From: the human T2T-CHM13v2.0 reference genome, Homo sapiens
NCBI RefSeq assembly: GCF_009914755.1
Contig: NC_060937.1
Reading direction: 5' to 3' (one strand)
DNA: 64,000 nt
The first letter of the stretch is position 1, and each line of letters starts with the position of its first letter. Under the pieces are notes generated by a model. It saw nothing but the letters and a program-made list of their open reading frames with translations, was not told the origin of the DNA and searched no databases. Below, in pieces: positions 24,256 through 39,137 of this stretch. The translations under genes were made by a program, and so were the position numbers.

Positions 24256-25428
24256 GTGTGGGATTAAGAAGAATTTACACGTTTCCTCCTCCACATTCTT
24301 CAACTGTTTTTTAGGCAATTAGCATGTATTCATGGGCAGCAAACTTGCCTATGTTGCTTCCCCCTGGACTCCCACCCTTGGAGCAAGCTCTGGTACATAA
24401 TTGGCTCTCAACAAATGCTGAATAAACTCAATGAGTAACTGCTTTCAATTAAAATTATGCCACAGGCCACCTAGGAAAATGGCCAGAAGACTCTCTGCAA
24501 ATGTAATCTGCCACCATCTCTCCCCAGGGAGTTGCTGAAGACTAATGTAACAGAGTCCACGAATTATGTCCAGTATTTCCAAAGTAACTTAGGTCTGATC
24601 TGCAATGAATTGAGCTATAAATTCATCAAGTGTTTCAACAACATAAAAAAGAGTCCATTTACTAATGATAAGGCTGTAACCCACACATATCCTAGTGAAA
24701 AGAAGGATAAACATTTAGCTACTTTATCTTATATGTTTTAGACAAAAACGGAGAGAATTGCACAGCCCAGAAGACTGACTACACTGCAAATTTGTGCACT
24801 GACCTCAGCCAGGCCCAGGAAACTGTCCAACAATTGTTCTGTGATTCTTCTGTCAACTCGCTCCTGTTCAGCACAATGATGGCTGTAAAACTGCCTTCAT
24901 TCTCTGGCCGCATTTAATGCCAACCAATTTCTCTGTCCCTTCCCTCCCAGCAGATTATGTTACCTTGCCTCCTATTGTGTAGAGTAGACAAAAACCACCA
25001 GAAAGCAGCTCACACCTCCTGCAGCTAAGTCTACACATCATCTGCTCCCACCCCACCCCCAGTGAAGAAGCAGCCATTGTCTGGTGCCATGTCCACTCAC
25101 CACCCTTCTCCTTAGGACCCGGTGCTGATCAAAAATGAGGGTTGGTGTGTTCATCTGCTCTAAAATGTGTTCTTTCTTTTGAGGAAAGAGGTGGGACTGG
25201 GAAGGCGTGGAGTTGCAGAGCTAGAGAAGAAGGATCTGGAGGCAGCTCTGTGTCTAGCACTTGGGTGAGGCTCAGCAGATGGGTTTCCTGCTGTTTCTAC
25301 ACTAGTCACTCAAGCAAGGACCTGCGTTAAAGCAGGAGGATCATGGAGAATCTAAAAGAATGCATTTTGCATTTTGCATCTTCCCTTGGCAAGGGCCTTA
25401 TCAGGAGGTCATAGAAATAAAGTATCTT

Positions 25429-25560
25429 GGTAGGCACAGTGGCTCACACCTGTAATCCCAGTACTCTGGGAGGATCACTTGAGCCCAAGAGTTCGAAACC
25501 AGCCTAGGCAACATAAGGAAATACTGTCTCTATGAAAAAATAAAAATAAAAAATAATAAT
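25429..25560 (+). mobile_element. Free left Alu monomer (FLAM-like) with short deletion
   Basis: ggctcacacctgtaatccca..ggatcacttgagcccaagagttcgaaaccagcct followed directly by an A-rich tail. Confidence 0.85.
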
Positions 25561-28500
25561 AGTAATGAAAGGAATCTAAGATGTTCACAGAGATAAGAAA
25601 GGAAGAGGTCAAAGGGACTGGAGAATGCCAGGGCCTTCTCCCTGATTCATGTCCCTGGGTCCTGCCCTGATTCTCAAGCTGTTTTTCAAAGTTACATGGA
25701 AATGCACAGAATAGAGATAGGCATCTATTTATTTTTAAAATGATCTAGCAGTTTGTACTACATTTTTTAATAATAAAGGTTTGGATGAGCTCTAAATTAT
25801 TTCTGACTTTAAATATGAATGAGAAATGAAACCAGCCATTGTTCACAAAGTATGCATGTTATTATAATATTCCTCTCTCAAAGCATCCTTTGTTTTCCTC
25901 CCAGTTCTCTCCCTTTGAGCTCTTATCAGATATGATTTCTTTGCTAAAATGCCATCTCATCCTACTTTCTGCTTTTCCTTTGTGGCCCCCTCAGATTTTA
26001 AACAAAGTTAGAACTTAAAATGTAACAGGCAATAGATCCTGGGCTTGCTGTGAGCCCGAGTTGCCTGAAAGCTCAGAGTTACAATAGTCTTTATTTTACA
26101 TTCTGTATGATGCTAGAGAGAATGATGAAATTTTATCCCCAAAACAAACCAAGAGGTTCTTACAAATATGAATAGTATATTTCCCTGAAGTTCAGTTCTT
26201 CAAGAAATATCACTAATGCCAAGGAGTATTGGCTTTGTATACTTGAGTTATATATGAATAGTGAATAGTGGTTATTACAATGTAATTGATTTTTAGTAGG
26301 TAAATAATTTGGAGAGACATATATATATATATGTATGCATGTCTATATATATAAATGATATTGGTAATACAGTCAATTTTAATGAAAAACTACACGTTCA
26401 GATTAAACATACATGTACATACTTTACCAAGAGCTTTTGGGTATTCTGAAATAGAAGTCAATTTCTAAACTTTGAGAATGAGCTTTCTGAGGATTGTTTC
26501 TCTTTTTATAGCCATAAATACTATGAGATTTTGTCACAAATTCTGGTTTCAAGTGACAAAACATTTAGCTGAGTATTTAAAATCTAAAAATTTGAAATAT
26601 TGAACATTTGAAATATTTTGAGATATTGAATATGAAATATTGTCAAATGTATTTCCGTTGAACAATATAGGTTAGAAAGGAATTGAAAATATACAGTTAG
26701 CACTGCAAGAAATGGTGGGTATTACAGCATATTTTTTTCCAAATTTTAAAATATTATTGTTGAAAAATAAGACATAGAGGCATTTACTGTTTTTAATGAG
26801 GTGTTATGGACAGAAAAACAAATAATATACTGATTATCCTGAAACACAGAACAATCAGGGTTTGATATTTTCAATAAAACATATAATTAAGATCTCATTA
26901 ATTTGGACGCTTTTATTCTTCACAGCATTTTGAACAAAGTAATGATCACCACCGTGGCTTGATAAATCACTAACACTATTTATTGTACCCTGAAGAAATA
27001 ATAGCTGGTAACTTACAGGGCCCCTTTAAAAGGAATCATTTTATCTTTATAGACCACCTTGCAAGTTACAGATGCTTCTAAATAGGGTTGGCAGATTCCA
27101 TTTCTTATGTAGCTCAAAAAAATCACTTTATGTTCTGTTGAGTGATAACCCAGAAATAACCATAGTTGTAGGCTGTTAATTAATTATAGCTTGTGTTATC
27201 ACCAAGGAAACAGCCGGAAACCAGCAACAATGACTTTAAATGCCCTAGTCCCAAACCAAGCCTGGGACAATTTTCTTATTGCTATAGTAACTCTCCATTA
27301 GTTTCTCAAAATGCTCGAGAATTTCTATGTTTCTACAAAGTCAAAATGCTAATTTACTAATAGGATGTTTCCTACCCTTTACATTTTTCTGAGAGTTCAC
27401 AGCAAGCTATAGGAAATTTAAGTCTGAGATGCAAGTTGGGGCAACGTCAAAGGAATACAACGCAGAGGGAGCCCAACTCTACACCTGCACCACGTTGATC
27501 AGGAAACCCACACCCTTCTCAGGGAATGTTGCTAATGACAGCACAGCCTCTGTGCTCAGGACTCCAGGAGTCCTGCTGCTCAGCTGTAAGCCACCTAGAG
27601 AATTCTCTTTCTCCTCTGCTTCACTTCTCATCCAAGAACCTTGTTTGATGAACTCTACTCCAGCCTGATCGCTTCTTATTCCACACCTGCTCAGAACTAA
27701 TTAAACTTCAGACAAATGGCACATCTTAAGACAACTTATCATAGAATACACTTCCATTCAGAGGGAAATGATGGAGTGGGCAGATCACATGGATTTACAC
27801 TTAAGGCTGAGATTGAAAAGTCTCACTGTTAAATCACTATGACATGGAGATGCCAGACATGTCGAGACACAGTTGAGTAAATGCTCTCTTCCAGAGGCAC
27901 AGGCTTAACTGGTAATTTATTAACTGTTATTGAGTTCGAAGAAAAGAAAGTTCTACACAAGCCAAGAAGTTTTCCTTAATGGGCTGATATGGCTCCTTTT
28001 TTTTTCTATGATACGGGAAAAGTAATAGCATCTTTTATAGTTATAGTATCAACTAGCATTAGTACTAATTTGTTATTTCATTATTTGTGGCATTTCTGAA
28101 TCCTTAACTAAATATATCTACTAAAACAACAATTTTTAAAAAGCACTAGTATTTCTAATGTTCCTAGTTCAGAAATGTTAATTTTTGCACACTTGAAATA
28201 ACGTTTCCTTTATATTGCGTATTTTTCAAGATCTGATTATTTATGTGATAGTGATTACAAGAACAAGAAATCATAAGGCTTTATATACAAATTGTCTTGA
28301 GAAACTCTTGTATAAGGACAGAGAAAGAAGTATGACTTGAACGCTTTAACCAAGGAAATATAAAACATGTGTCTATATTTGTGTAGCACAGAGTCACCCG
28401 AGTACTAAGTCAAAGCAGTTTTGAGACATCAGAGCGATCTCCTTCCCTGAAATTCTCCCCGGCCCCCACACTCTTTTTCAGTGCAAAGGACATGGGGTGG

Positions 28501-28619
28501 TTTCCTTCTTGAGAAGGTATATTCCAGAAATAAACAACAACTAAAAATATTCTATTTTGAAGGAAAAGATAAAAGATTTTGTTAAAAGATGGGGATTTAA
28601 GAATACATACATTTTAGTG

Positions 28620-29075
<456 letters not shown>

Positions 29076-29091
29076 TTTAAAAGTTCGTTAG

Positions 29092-29565
<474 letters not shown>

Positions 29566-30337
29566 TGAATAATGGATGGAATATCTAACAGTAAGGGAGT
29601 TTCATAGATGGTGTCAAGTTCCTCTGATGATGCCTGGGGGCACCAGGAGAAAGGTGACTCGACTCTTGCTTGTGCTTAGCACTTTTTAGTAGCTGTTCTC
29701 AATACTGTGTCGCTACCACTCATCCATCTCTGGGGATGAGTGCTGCTTAGCTTTCCATCCTGATCTCTTCCTCTCTCTCCCATTGCCTCTCTTTAAGATG
29801 CATTCCCAGCTTTACTTCCACCTGCCACTACTGGCTGCTCCTCCCCAAGCACTTTTCTCTGGGGAGAGAGTATGACCACTCACCCTACTGCTCAGGGAGA
29901 AATAACAGGAGTCATCTGCAAATTCTCTTTTTCTTCTACCTCTCACCTAATCCATCAATATAAACTTTCTGCTTTTCACAATGGTACTGCTATGCCACTA
30001 TCATCTCTTGCTGGGCTTCTGAAAGTACCCCCTCATTTCATTTCCTGTGTTCATTCTATTCTTTCTATTTTCTTCAAATTTATAACATTTGCTGCACACA
30101 AGTGTGAATCCACTGCAACACCATGACCCAGTTGCTATATAAATGATATGTACGTGATATATACATGGTACATGTATGACAGCATATATTGGCATATAAA
30201 TTATGGCTTAAAAGCAAAAATCGTGTTTGAATAGTTATATAAACAACTCAGTGAAAAGAGGGGTTTGGCTAAATATTCTCATTAATATTCTGTAATCATA
30301 CAGATACAAACCTATCATCTTTAATGAGTTTTACTTC

Positions 30338-30700
30338 TTAATTTTTTCTACTTTATATATTGAAATAAATTTAGACTTACAGAGGAGTTGCAAAAATGTT
30401 ACCCTTCACTCAGCTTCTCCTAATGTTAACATTTTACATAACTATAGTTTATCAGAACTAAGAGAAATAAATACTGTTATAATGCTGTTAACTGCAATCC
30501 TTACTTTTCCCCTTAATGCCTCTGTGATGTCAGGGACTGATCTGAGATCCCACATGTTTTTTCTTCTCCTGCCTCCTCAGTTTCCTCCAATCTGGGACAC
30601 TCCCACTGTCCTTCCTTGTCCTCATAACCTTGCCATACTTAGAGAGTGCTGATTCGTCGTTTGGTAAAATGCCCCCCACTTAACCAATGGACACTATGAG
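30338..30700 (-). mobile_element. Ancient L1 (L1MC4/5-like) 3' fragment
   Basis: ttgaaataaatttagacttacagaggagttgcaaaa..cccttcactcagctt..cctaatgttaacattttacataac. Confidence 0.7.
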
Positions 30701-31889
30701 TGGTGTTGTCTGATGTTCAGTTCAATCTTTTTTCCCCCTGAACTCTTTTGCCCTTGTGTGATCCATCACCTTTTGGCTAAGTGGCTGGTGTTAGCTCTGC
30801 TTTAGGGAATAAACAAAGGGTGTGAAACAGACAACAGAAAGCTACAGCAGCATGAAGAATTGATTGCAAGATATCCAGAGACAGCAGCTCTGGAGCTCAA
30901 AGCTGCAATCACCAGTGAGAACTGAAAGACAAACCCCAGATTGATACCTGGGACATACAAGCCTTTCTCAGATTTCCTAGGGGTTTAAATACTGCAAGTT
31001 AGTAGTTGGGTACAGTTTGAATATTTTATGACCTTATTAAACTCTAAGGATTCTTTTTAGCACATGTTTGCAAGATCCCTGCAGCTTCATAAAAGTGAAT
31101 TTACCTCAGTAATAATCAACAATAGCTGAAGGTATTATGTGACTGATTATTGTTATCTAATACACAACTTTAGGAATAAAAAGACAAGATAATTTTGTGA
31201 CAGTTTTCTTCCAAAATATAGTCATTGGTTTTATAACCTGAAAATGAGCTAGTCAAATTTAGCTTATTTATAGTATCTATTATGTGATTCACCTCATTTG
31301 CAAGCTACAATTTTGGTGGCGTTCTCCTGACCTGATTAGAATTTAACACAGTTATTCAATTCACATATCTATCAGCCACTGTGTACATGGACTCTGTATA
31401 CCTAAGGTGCAAGATTAATTCACTTACGATCTTTTCACATTACTTTTCCTGAAACTATCAACCACTGAAGTTCATTATTCTTACGAGGACTACATGCTTA
31501 AAAAGAAAAAAAAAAGAAGTTATCTGCTTTTATTCTTGGGAAGTAATTGATGTTTATACCTTTGTCATGCTTAAAAATATTCTGGGAAACAACTAAAAGA
31601 TTTTGGGAATAATATTCCCATTCCTTGCACCAGAAGACCAATTTGCCTGACAACATGCACTTGTTCCCTTAAACAAGAACAAATTCATGGCATGTAATTA
31701 TAGCCCAGTTTAAGAAGAAAAAGCCTTTGAAAAATTAGTAACATAGGAAGTTAAGACGCAACTCTCAAATAAGGTTATTTACCTAAAAGATAAATTGGCT
31801 AGTCCATTTCTAATGCACATTCTTAATGCAAGTATGTATTACTTGCCTTACAAATTCAAGTTAAATGCAATTTAAAATGGCATGCATTA

Positions 31890-32175
31890 AGCCAGGTTTG
31901 GTGGTTCACACCTGTAACCCCAGCACTTTGGGAGGCTGAGGTGGGAGCATCACTTGAGCTCAGGAGTTCAAGATCAGCCTGGACAACAATGCAAGGTCCC
32001 ATCTCTATAAAAGTTTCTTTAAAAAATTAGCCAGGCATGGTGGCTCATGCCTGTGGTCCCAGCTACATGGGAGGCTGATGTGGAAGGATCACTTGAGCCC
32101 AGGAGGTTGAGGTTGCAGTGAGCTGTGACTATACCACTGGACTCCAGAATGGGCGACTGAGTGAGATCCTGTCTC

Positions 32176-32206
<31 letters not shown>

Positions 32207-32219
32207 CAAACAAAAAAAA
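31890..32219 (+). mobile_element. AluJ with (CAAAA)n tail
   Basis: Full dimer with ggatcacttgagcccaggaggttgagg. Confidence 0.92.
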
Positions 32220-32789
32220 CCCTGCCTGCTCTGTATTAGAACAAGTACATCTAACCTCTAATGTCCATGTACCTTTACAGAAATCTAGATTTGGCCTTTA
32301 GTTTTGCTTTTCATACAGTCTGCAAGTTTAGTAACAAAGCTATTAAATAACTACTAAATTTCAAACAAGCAAATTACTCCTTCAAAGTTTTATCTGGAGT
32401 GTGAAAATCTGTTTTTGGTGGTTTTTTTTATTTTTTTGCTTTTATCCATATAATTTATATCCCTTTATCGTGACTAAAATAAAATCATATTTCTTATCAA
32501 ATTAGAAGTGAATAAATTATTATTTAATTAAATAAAACCAGGCTAGGCATCTTTTTTTTCTAATCAGGCACAGATAACATATGAACCTTTGTGTGCCTTA
32601 TATTGATTTTTAAATTAACTTTCCTCACTTTGAGCGTAAGTGTATTTGAAACAAAAGAAGGTGAACCATGGTGGTGAACAAAAATCTGAAGAAAGATCTG
32701 TCTTTATCCATCTGATACAAAAAGAAAAGTAAACCAAACACATGTGTTACAGACTTTGCTTTCTCAGGCAGGATGCAACAGGGAGTGTG

Positions 32790-33045
32790 TTTCCCACTGG
32801 TTATACCATTAAGATTGGGAGTCAGGCTGCCTGAGTTAAAAGCTCAGATCCACTGCTTAGCTCTGGGACTTCAAGCAAGCACATTATTCCCTGTAAATCT
32901 GTTTCTCCATCTACAGAAAGTGGGTGGCAATATCCATACCCACTTCATGTGGTTGTAAAACTAAATTATATAATCAACATACGGTGGTGACCAGTGGCTT
33001 TGGCACATATTAAGGAGTAATTCAATGTTAGCTATTATTCCTATC
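32790..33045 (+). mobile_element. MIR
   Basis: ggagtcaggctgcctgagtt..tctgtttctccatct..tggcacata..aatgttagctattatt. Confidence 0.75.
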
Positions 33046-33193
33046 ATTATGATTTCAAAAATCTCTAAAGCTAACAATAACAATATCTCATTTTATAAAG
33101 TTCAGTTAAACAATAAGTATTTCCTCCTCCTTTGGTTCTTTTTCTTTTTCCTTTCTAAATAAAAACGTCTTCAATTGTCTTAAAAGCGTATCT

Positions 33194-33510
<317 letters not shown>

Positions 33511-36500
33511 CTATGACAAAGAAAGGAGGTAAAGGCAGTTTAAGTTCTTAGAAATTAATTACACTGAAAGTTTCTTAAAATAACAAGGTATGCGGCTATT
33601 TGAAGAACAAGATTCTGTTTTGTTCAATAGTTTGCAATCTGTATATGCCAATTCTTTAAAAATAGTATTAAAAGGAACAAATTCGATATTTCTACATTTT
33701 TGTCCCATTTATAGAAAGTGCTATTTCATAGCATATTTTTAAACATTTTTTTCTCACTCAGTTATAATACTGAAACTTAACAGAATGGCCCTTGCTTTGT
33801 TAAATCCAAACAATGAATTAGAAAAAAATAATACCTCTTGGAAGATAAGCAGTCCATTATTTCACAACTGCAAAATTAAAAGTGATGTTTTACACAAGAA
33901 ATCTTGAAATGGGTGAGGATACCTTAAGGTCTATAAAAACCAGATACTTACCAATTTTAGTTTTAAAATAGAGCTTCCACCTTTAAATGTCTTAAAATTT
34001 TATTGAATGCTATAGAATACAAGATTATCTTCCTTTACATGTTTTGTCTTTTTAGTGAGAACTTGTTTAGTAAACTTGGCATTCAGGCTGATAGAAAAAT
34101 CACAATTCAAAGATATCATCATTCAGAATGTCTTTTCCTATAAGTTACATTAACATAATTTCTAGATTATTCACAAAATAAAGTGTCTAAAGGCAACCCC
34201 ACCCCCTCTTGGTTGACTGTAAGTCAAATTGCTTAGTATCTTCTTCAGTTCTAAGAAATGATGGTGGAAATTACATTTCTCCTTAAGTGAACATGCAATT
34301 TGATGTCTCTGGAAACTTGGCTTTTACACAACTGTTTCCATGACTTGGAAAGTCCCTCCATAGCTCTTCTCCTAACTATTCATTCTCTAGAATGCCACTG
34401 AGCTGCCACCTGTTCTGGGAAGAGTCTTCGAAATCCCTAAGCCCAGTAAATTCTTGTTTTTGTGATAAGCACTCCAGTGCTTACCCTGGTTTTGCAGTAG
34501 CTAACTGTGTGATCCTTGACAATCACCTGCCTCTGCCAAACCAGGGAGATGGCCTGGTGACCTCAAACTTTAATATGCTGATGCTGATGCAGTTATTATG
34601 ACACTGTCACAAATATGGCCACAAATCTTTCACTGGCCATTTCCTTAAGTTATCTGAGCTATTTCTTTCTAGTACGTCCACCTGTACCTCGAAAAACACT
34701 TAGGTTTCCATGCCGAGAGCTTAGAGGCCAAAGGAAAGTTATATAAGATGATGGATATTCCAGGAAAAGGGTGAGAACAAAGTTGTCTTTTAAGTAAAAG
34801 TGACATGTTGGAAAGAAACTACAAGCAGCTCTCATCTAGCAGTTGGCATGCCAGACTAAAGAATGATATATTTTCTGAGTCTGGAAAGATTGCAGTTCAT
34901 GTATTAGCTATGCACAAAAAAATGAAAAGCAACAACAACAACAAAACACAAACCTTTCCCAAAAACTTCAGTAGCTGCTTCAAATAAAGACGACTATGAT
35001 GGGTAGATGCATCCCTGGGTAGAAAAAGGAAAATGCCCAATAAAAGGCATTTCAGCCATTTTAAATGTCTTAGAAATTTCGACGGTCCTAATGGAAATTG
35101 AATTACTTTTTGGAAGGGATCCAAATGTGAACCTTTGAAAACTCAGAGATGTTTCGCAAATCTATATTACTCCTTGTATGAATTGATTTCTCTAGTTCCA
35201 TGACCACAGGTGGGATAACATCTGACACAGAGCTTCCGTCCCAAGTTCAACCCCCATTACACAGCACCAAGCAGCAGGTTCCTTCATTCCTTCACAAAGC
35301 CGAAGCCTCCCAAATAAGACATGACTTACCTTCATGCATTTAACGAGTTACTGTCAACCCCCACTGATTAGGGTTTGTGGCTGCCGGTCTACTGCTGTCT
35401 TGTTCAATTGAAAGCATGCTGCTAGATTAAAAAGGAGTTTTCTGGGATGGTACAGAGTATCTGTTCAGTGTCACAAAAATGAACCCCCACCTCCCAAAAA
35501 CGACACCATTTCAATGATCACTTCTGATCCGAGATGAGAGTTATATAACCAAAATGTCCTAAAAGGCCAAGCCTTCCCAAAAGCTTACAGCAGAATTAGA
35601 GAGTCAGACTGCATGCAAGAGAAAAGTGCTGACTGTGCAAGCCCAGAAAGCTAACAATTGGTGCAGCAGCTGCCCTCATTTTGCATAAAACTGCTGAAAT
35701 TCATAGGTACTTGTACTTTTTTCAAAACCTAAGTCATTCTTCAGTATGATTAAAATGCTACCCTTGAGTAACTCACAGTGATGGTATTTTCAATGACTTT
35801 CTTAGCATAGCTGGTCTCCTTTTTGCTTTTCTTTCTTGTCTCTTCATTCTCACTCATTAAAATGTACCAGTTGCCTGTCTATTGTACACCCTCACTGTAC
35901 ACCTGTGTAGCGGAACCCTCCCTGAGTGAATGTTTGTAGAATGTCAGTAGCACCAGCCTCTGTCCATTGCCTTTTTCCCCTTGCAAAGTGGCTTTTAGCA
36001 ATAAACAGGTTGCTAATCTCTGGTGTAGTTATTAAAAGATCAGAGGCATAACAGAATGTTCCCAGAATTTCCCTTATAGTACTTAATCATTTATAATGTA
36101 CGTCATTTGAAATACACTCAAAAGAGATTTTTTCCAACTCTGATCTCATGCAAGAGAAAAGCTATCAAGTATTTGTTATGCAGAATACTTTATGTCTACT
36201 GACCAGGGTACTGGACCAAAATATAAAAGCTTAGACATCTCTCTTTTCCAAAAGCCCTCTGCTAAAAGCTCCATTCTCAACTAGGTTGGAAACTGTAAAA
36301 GTAGTGTGGCCTGGGGAGCTATGCTGGTGCATAAATCTGTGTTAGATTCTTATTCATATGTTTGTCCCAACACTGCCTCTTTTTGAATGCTTCAAAAATT
36401 AGGAAGAATGGCCCCATATATCTGAGAAAGCACACATTTCATACAAAACAAGACCTCAGTGCCACACAAGACACATCAGGTATCGTTCAACACAAGAGTT

Positions 36501-37147
36501 TACAAACTAAAGAAAAAATAAATTTCCCTAGATAGAGACACTGCAGGTTTTCCAATGAATGTTCTTTAAGCAAGTAAGTGTACTCCATCAAGAAAAAGTA
36601 AAATGTATTTAAAGGGAATTGAGCCTGCATAGCCACAGCTTCATCACGGTATGCAGAATGTGGGGGAGCCTAGAAAGGGCATCAATCCAGGAAACAACTG
36701 TCCTTTAACCTGCACCACGGCAGGGATAGCAACATCTTTCCAGTCAATTAAAAAAAAAAAATCTCAAGAATTGTTGTAGAGCAAAAACAGATGTAAGGAT
36801 ATACTGATAATACATTACACATTCATGTAAACTATTTCTAAACCTGCTATAACTTGTAAATATCTTTAAAATGTCACTTCCCATGATAGAAGGACGTGTC
36901 AGCAGAATGCAATTCTCAGGCTTCAGGGGATAAAATAGTCGCCGCACTGAGACAGCCACCAGTCCACCTTCCGGTGGTACCTGTGCTTTTCCTGATACCT
37001 GACATTCAGAGACAGGCCAGAGCAGCCAGGAGGAGTGAGAATGCCACATAATTTACTATGTTACACGGCTGCTTCTTCAGCAGTAGCCAACGGCTCACTT
37101 CGACACTCCGGGTAGCTGTCAAAACTACTTACCACATTGTAACACAC

Positions 37148-37536
37148 TGTTATGAGTTGAATTGTGTCCCACAAAAAGATATGTTCGGGTCCTAACCCCC
37201 AGTACCTCACAATGTGACCTCACTTGGAGACAGGGTCTTTACCGAGGGAATCAAGTTAAGATGAGGGCATTAGAGTGGACCCTAATCCATTATAGTTGGT
37301 GTCCTTATGAAAAAGAAGAAATGTGGATACATGTGTAGAAGAAAGACGACATAGATACAGGGAGAAAACAGACATCCACAAGCCAAGGAGAGGGGCTGGG
37401 AAGCTCTCAGGAATCGATTCTGCCAGTACTTTCATCTCAAATTTCTGGCCTCCAGAAATTTGAGACAATCATTTTCTGTTGATTAAGCTACCAAGGTTGT
37501 GATACTTTACTATGGCAGCTGTAGCAAACTTGCACA
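37148..37536 (+). mobile_element. MaLR MLT1B LTR, apparently inserted in an L2
   Basis: tgttatgagttgaattgtgtccc..gtcctaacccccagtacctca.aatgtgacct..ggcctccagaa..gcagctgtagcaaact. Confidence 0.88.
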
Positions 37537-37539
37537 AAT

Positions 37540-37732
37540 GCCATCTATTTAGCTATTGATTACTTCATGGTTTGCTGTATGTCCACCCACACAAACACAC
37601 ATACACACTGGCATGCGAGCTCATGAAGGCAAGATCATGTCTCTTTTGTTCACTGAAGATCCATTCTAACTGCATAGAACAGTGCCTGGCATTTAGCACT
37701 GTTCAATTAACACTTATTGAAAGAATAAATTG
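37540..37732 (+). mobile_element. L2 3' end
   Basis: gagctcatgaaggca..ttgttcactg..agaacagtgcctggca..ttattgaaagaataaat. Confidence 0.75.
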
Positions 37733-37996
37733 TTTCAAGGACGTAAATTTATAATATATACGTAATTTGATGTGACAGTTACTGCAAAAAATTAAATCAA
37801 AGAACTTAGATTTAATAGCCCAATTATTTCTTAATTATTATCTCTAAAACATGCCTTGTCAGATGTTTAAACATGAGAATAAAACTTCTAGGTTTGATTT
37901 CTCTTTCTCAATATAGCTATATCTACCTCACAATTTCTAGGTGAAGTTAATGGTTGGCCCACTTTAGTAGTAAAATATATTCACTAGTAGATTATT

Positions 37997-38271
37997 GGCC
38001 GGGCAACATGGCTCACACCTGTAATCCCAACAATTTGGGAGGCTGACAGGGGCAGATCGCTTGAAGCCAGGAGTTTGAGACCATAGTGAAACCCCATCTC
38101 TACTAAAAATATAAAAATTAGCCTGGCGTAGTGGCATGTGCTCCTCAGGAGGCTGAGACATGAGAATTGCTTGAGCCCGGGAGGTGGAGGTTATAGTGGG
38201 CCAAGATCACGCCACTGCACTCCAGCCTGGGTGACAGAGTGAGACTCTGTCTCAAAAAAGAAAAAAAAAAA
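37997..38271 (+). mobile_element. Alu (S/J-age) with two internal deletions
   Basis: Lacks gcctggccaaca and the right-arm tgtaatcccagcta; TSD AGATTATT. Confidence 0.9.
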
Positions 38272-38460
38272 GGAAAGATTATTAAAAGGTTATTAAAAAT
38301 ACCTTTCCTTTTTGACCAGAAACATAAATTGACATTAGAAAGCTTATAATCTTTTGAATTCTTGAATCAATAAAGTATCTTAAAACATAAATAAGATGCA
38401 AAAGCCAAAAACATTAGAACAGTAACAGATAAGCAATGATATGTATAAACCAGTGGTATT

Positions 38461-38519
38461 GCCTGGGCGACAGAGCGAGGCTCCATCTCAAAAACAAAAA
38501 ACAAACAAACAAAAAAAGC
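38461..38519 (+). mobile_element. Extremely 5'-truncated Alu (~30 bp plus tail)
   Basis: gcctgggcgacagagcgaggctccatctc plus A-rich tail, flanked by TSD CCAGTGGTATT (38450-38460, 38520-38530). Confidence 0.9.
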
Positions 38520-38784
38520 CCAGTGGTATTTTACTTGAGGCAAAGTTTTACTTGAGGCAAAGTTGATTAATAGACATAATTAGTTACTATCCACGGCCAA
38601 CCTTGGACAATGCTGTCATTTCACAGATAAGAGAGGGACGGCACAGAGAGATAAAGTAAATTGTCAGACTTCACATAAAAAGGGCAGCCAGAAGTTGCAG
38701 GAAGCTTTAGATACAATAGGGTATTTGTAAAACAATCCTTTTTGTACATCTACACGACCAAAAGTCAAGACCTGCAGCCAGAAG

Positions 38785-38787
<3 letters not shown>

Positions 38788-38817
<30 letters not shown>
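38788..38817. repeat. (AAT)10 microsatellite
   Basis: Directly visible, pure. Confidence 0.95.
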
Positions 38818-38818
<1 letters not shown>

Positions 38819-39137
38819 GAGGCTGTTTTAGAAAATGAAAGAAAAGACAGACACTGATCACTGCATTTAGCATTTCTTTTTAAAAGTTACTGAGCATCTA
38901 CCATGTGCCAGGCATCACAGTGAATTCTGGGAATAAAGTGTGGAGGAAGGAGCATCAGTGCAGATGTCACTACTACCCAGGACACAGGATATTTGGGGAT
39001 GTCATTGGAAAGCAATCCTTTTTCTTCACTTCTTTATTTAAATCTCTTCCATGTAAGAAGTTTTTCCTAGCTCTGGGGATAAAGTCCAAGATGGGTCCCT
39101 GGAAGCACCTCCTCCTTCTCAGATGATAGAAAACTGC

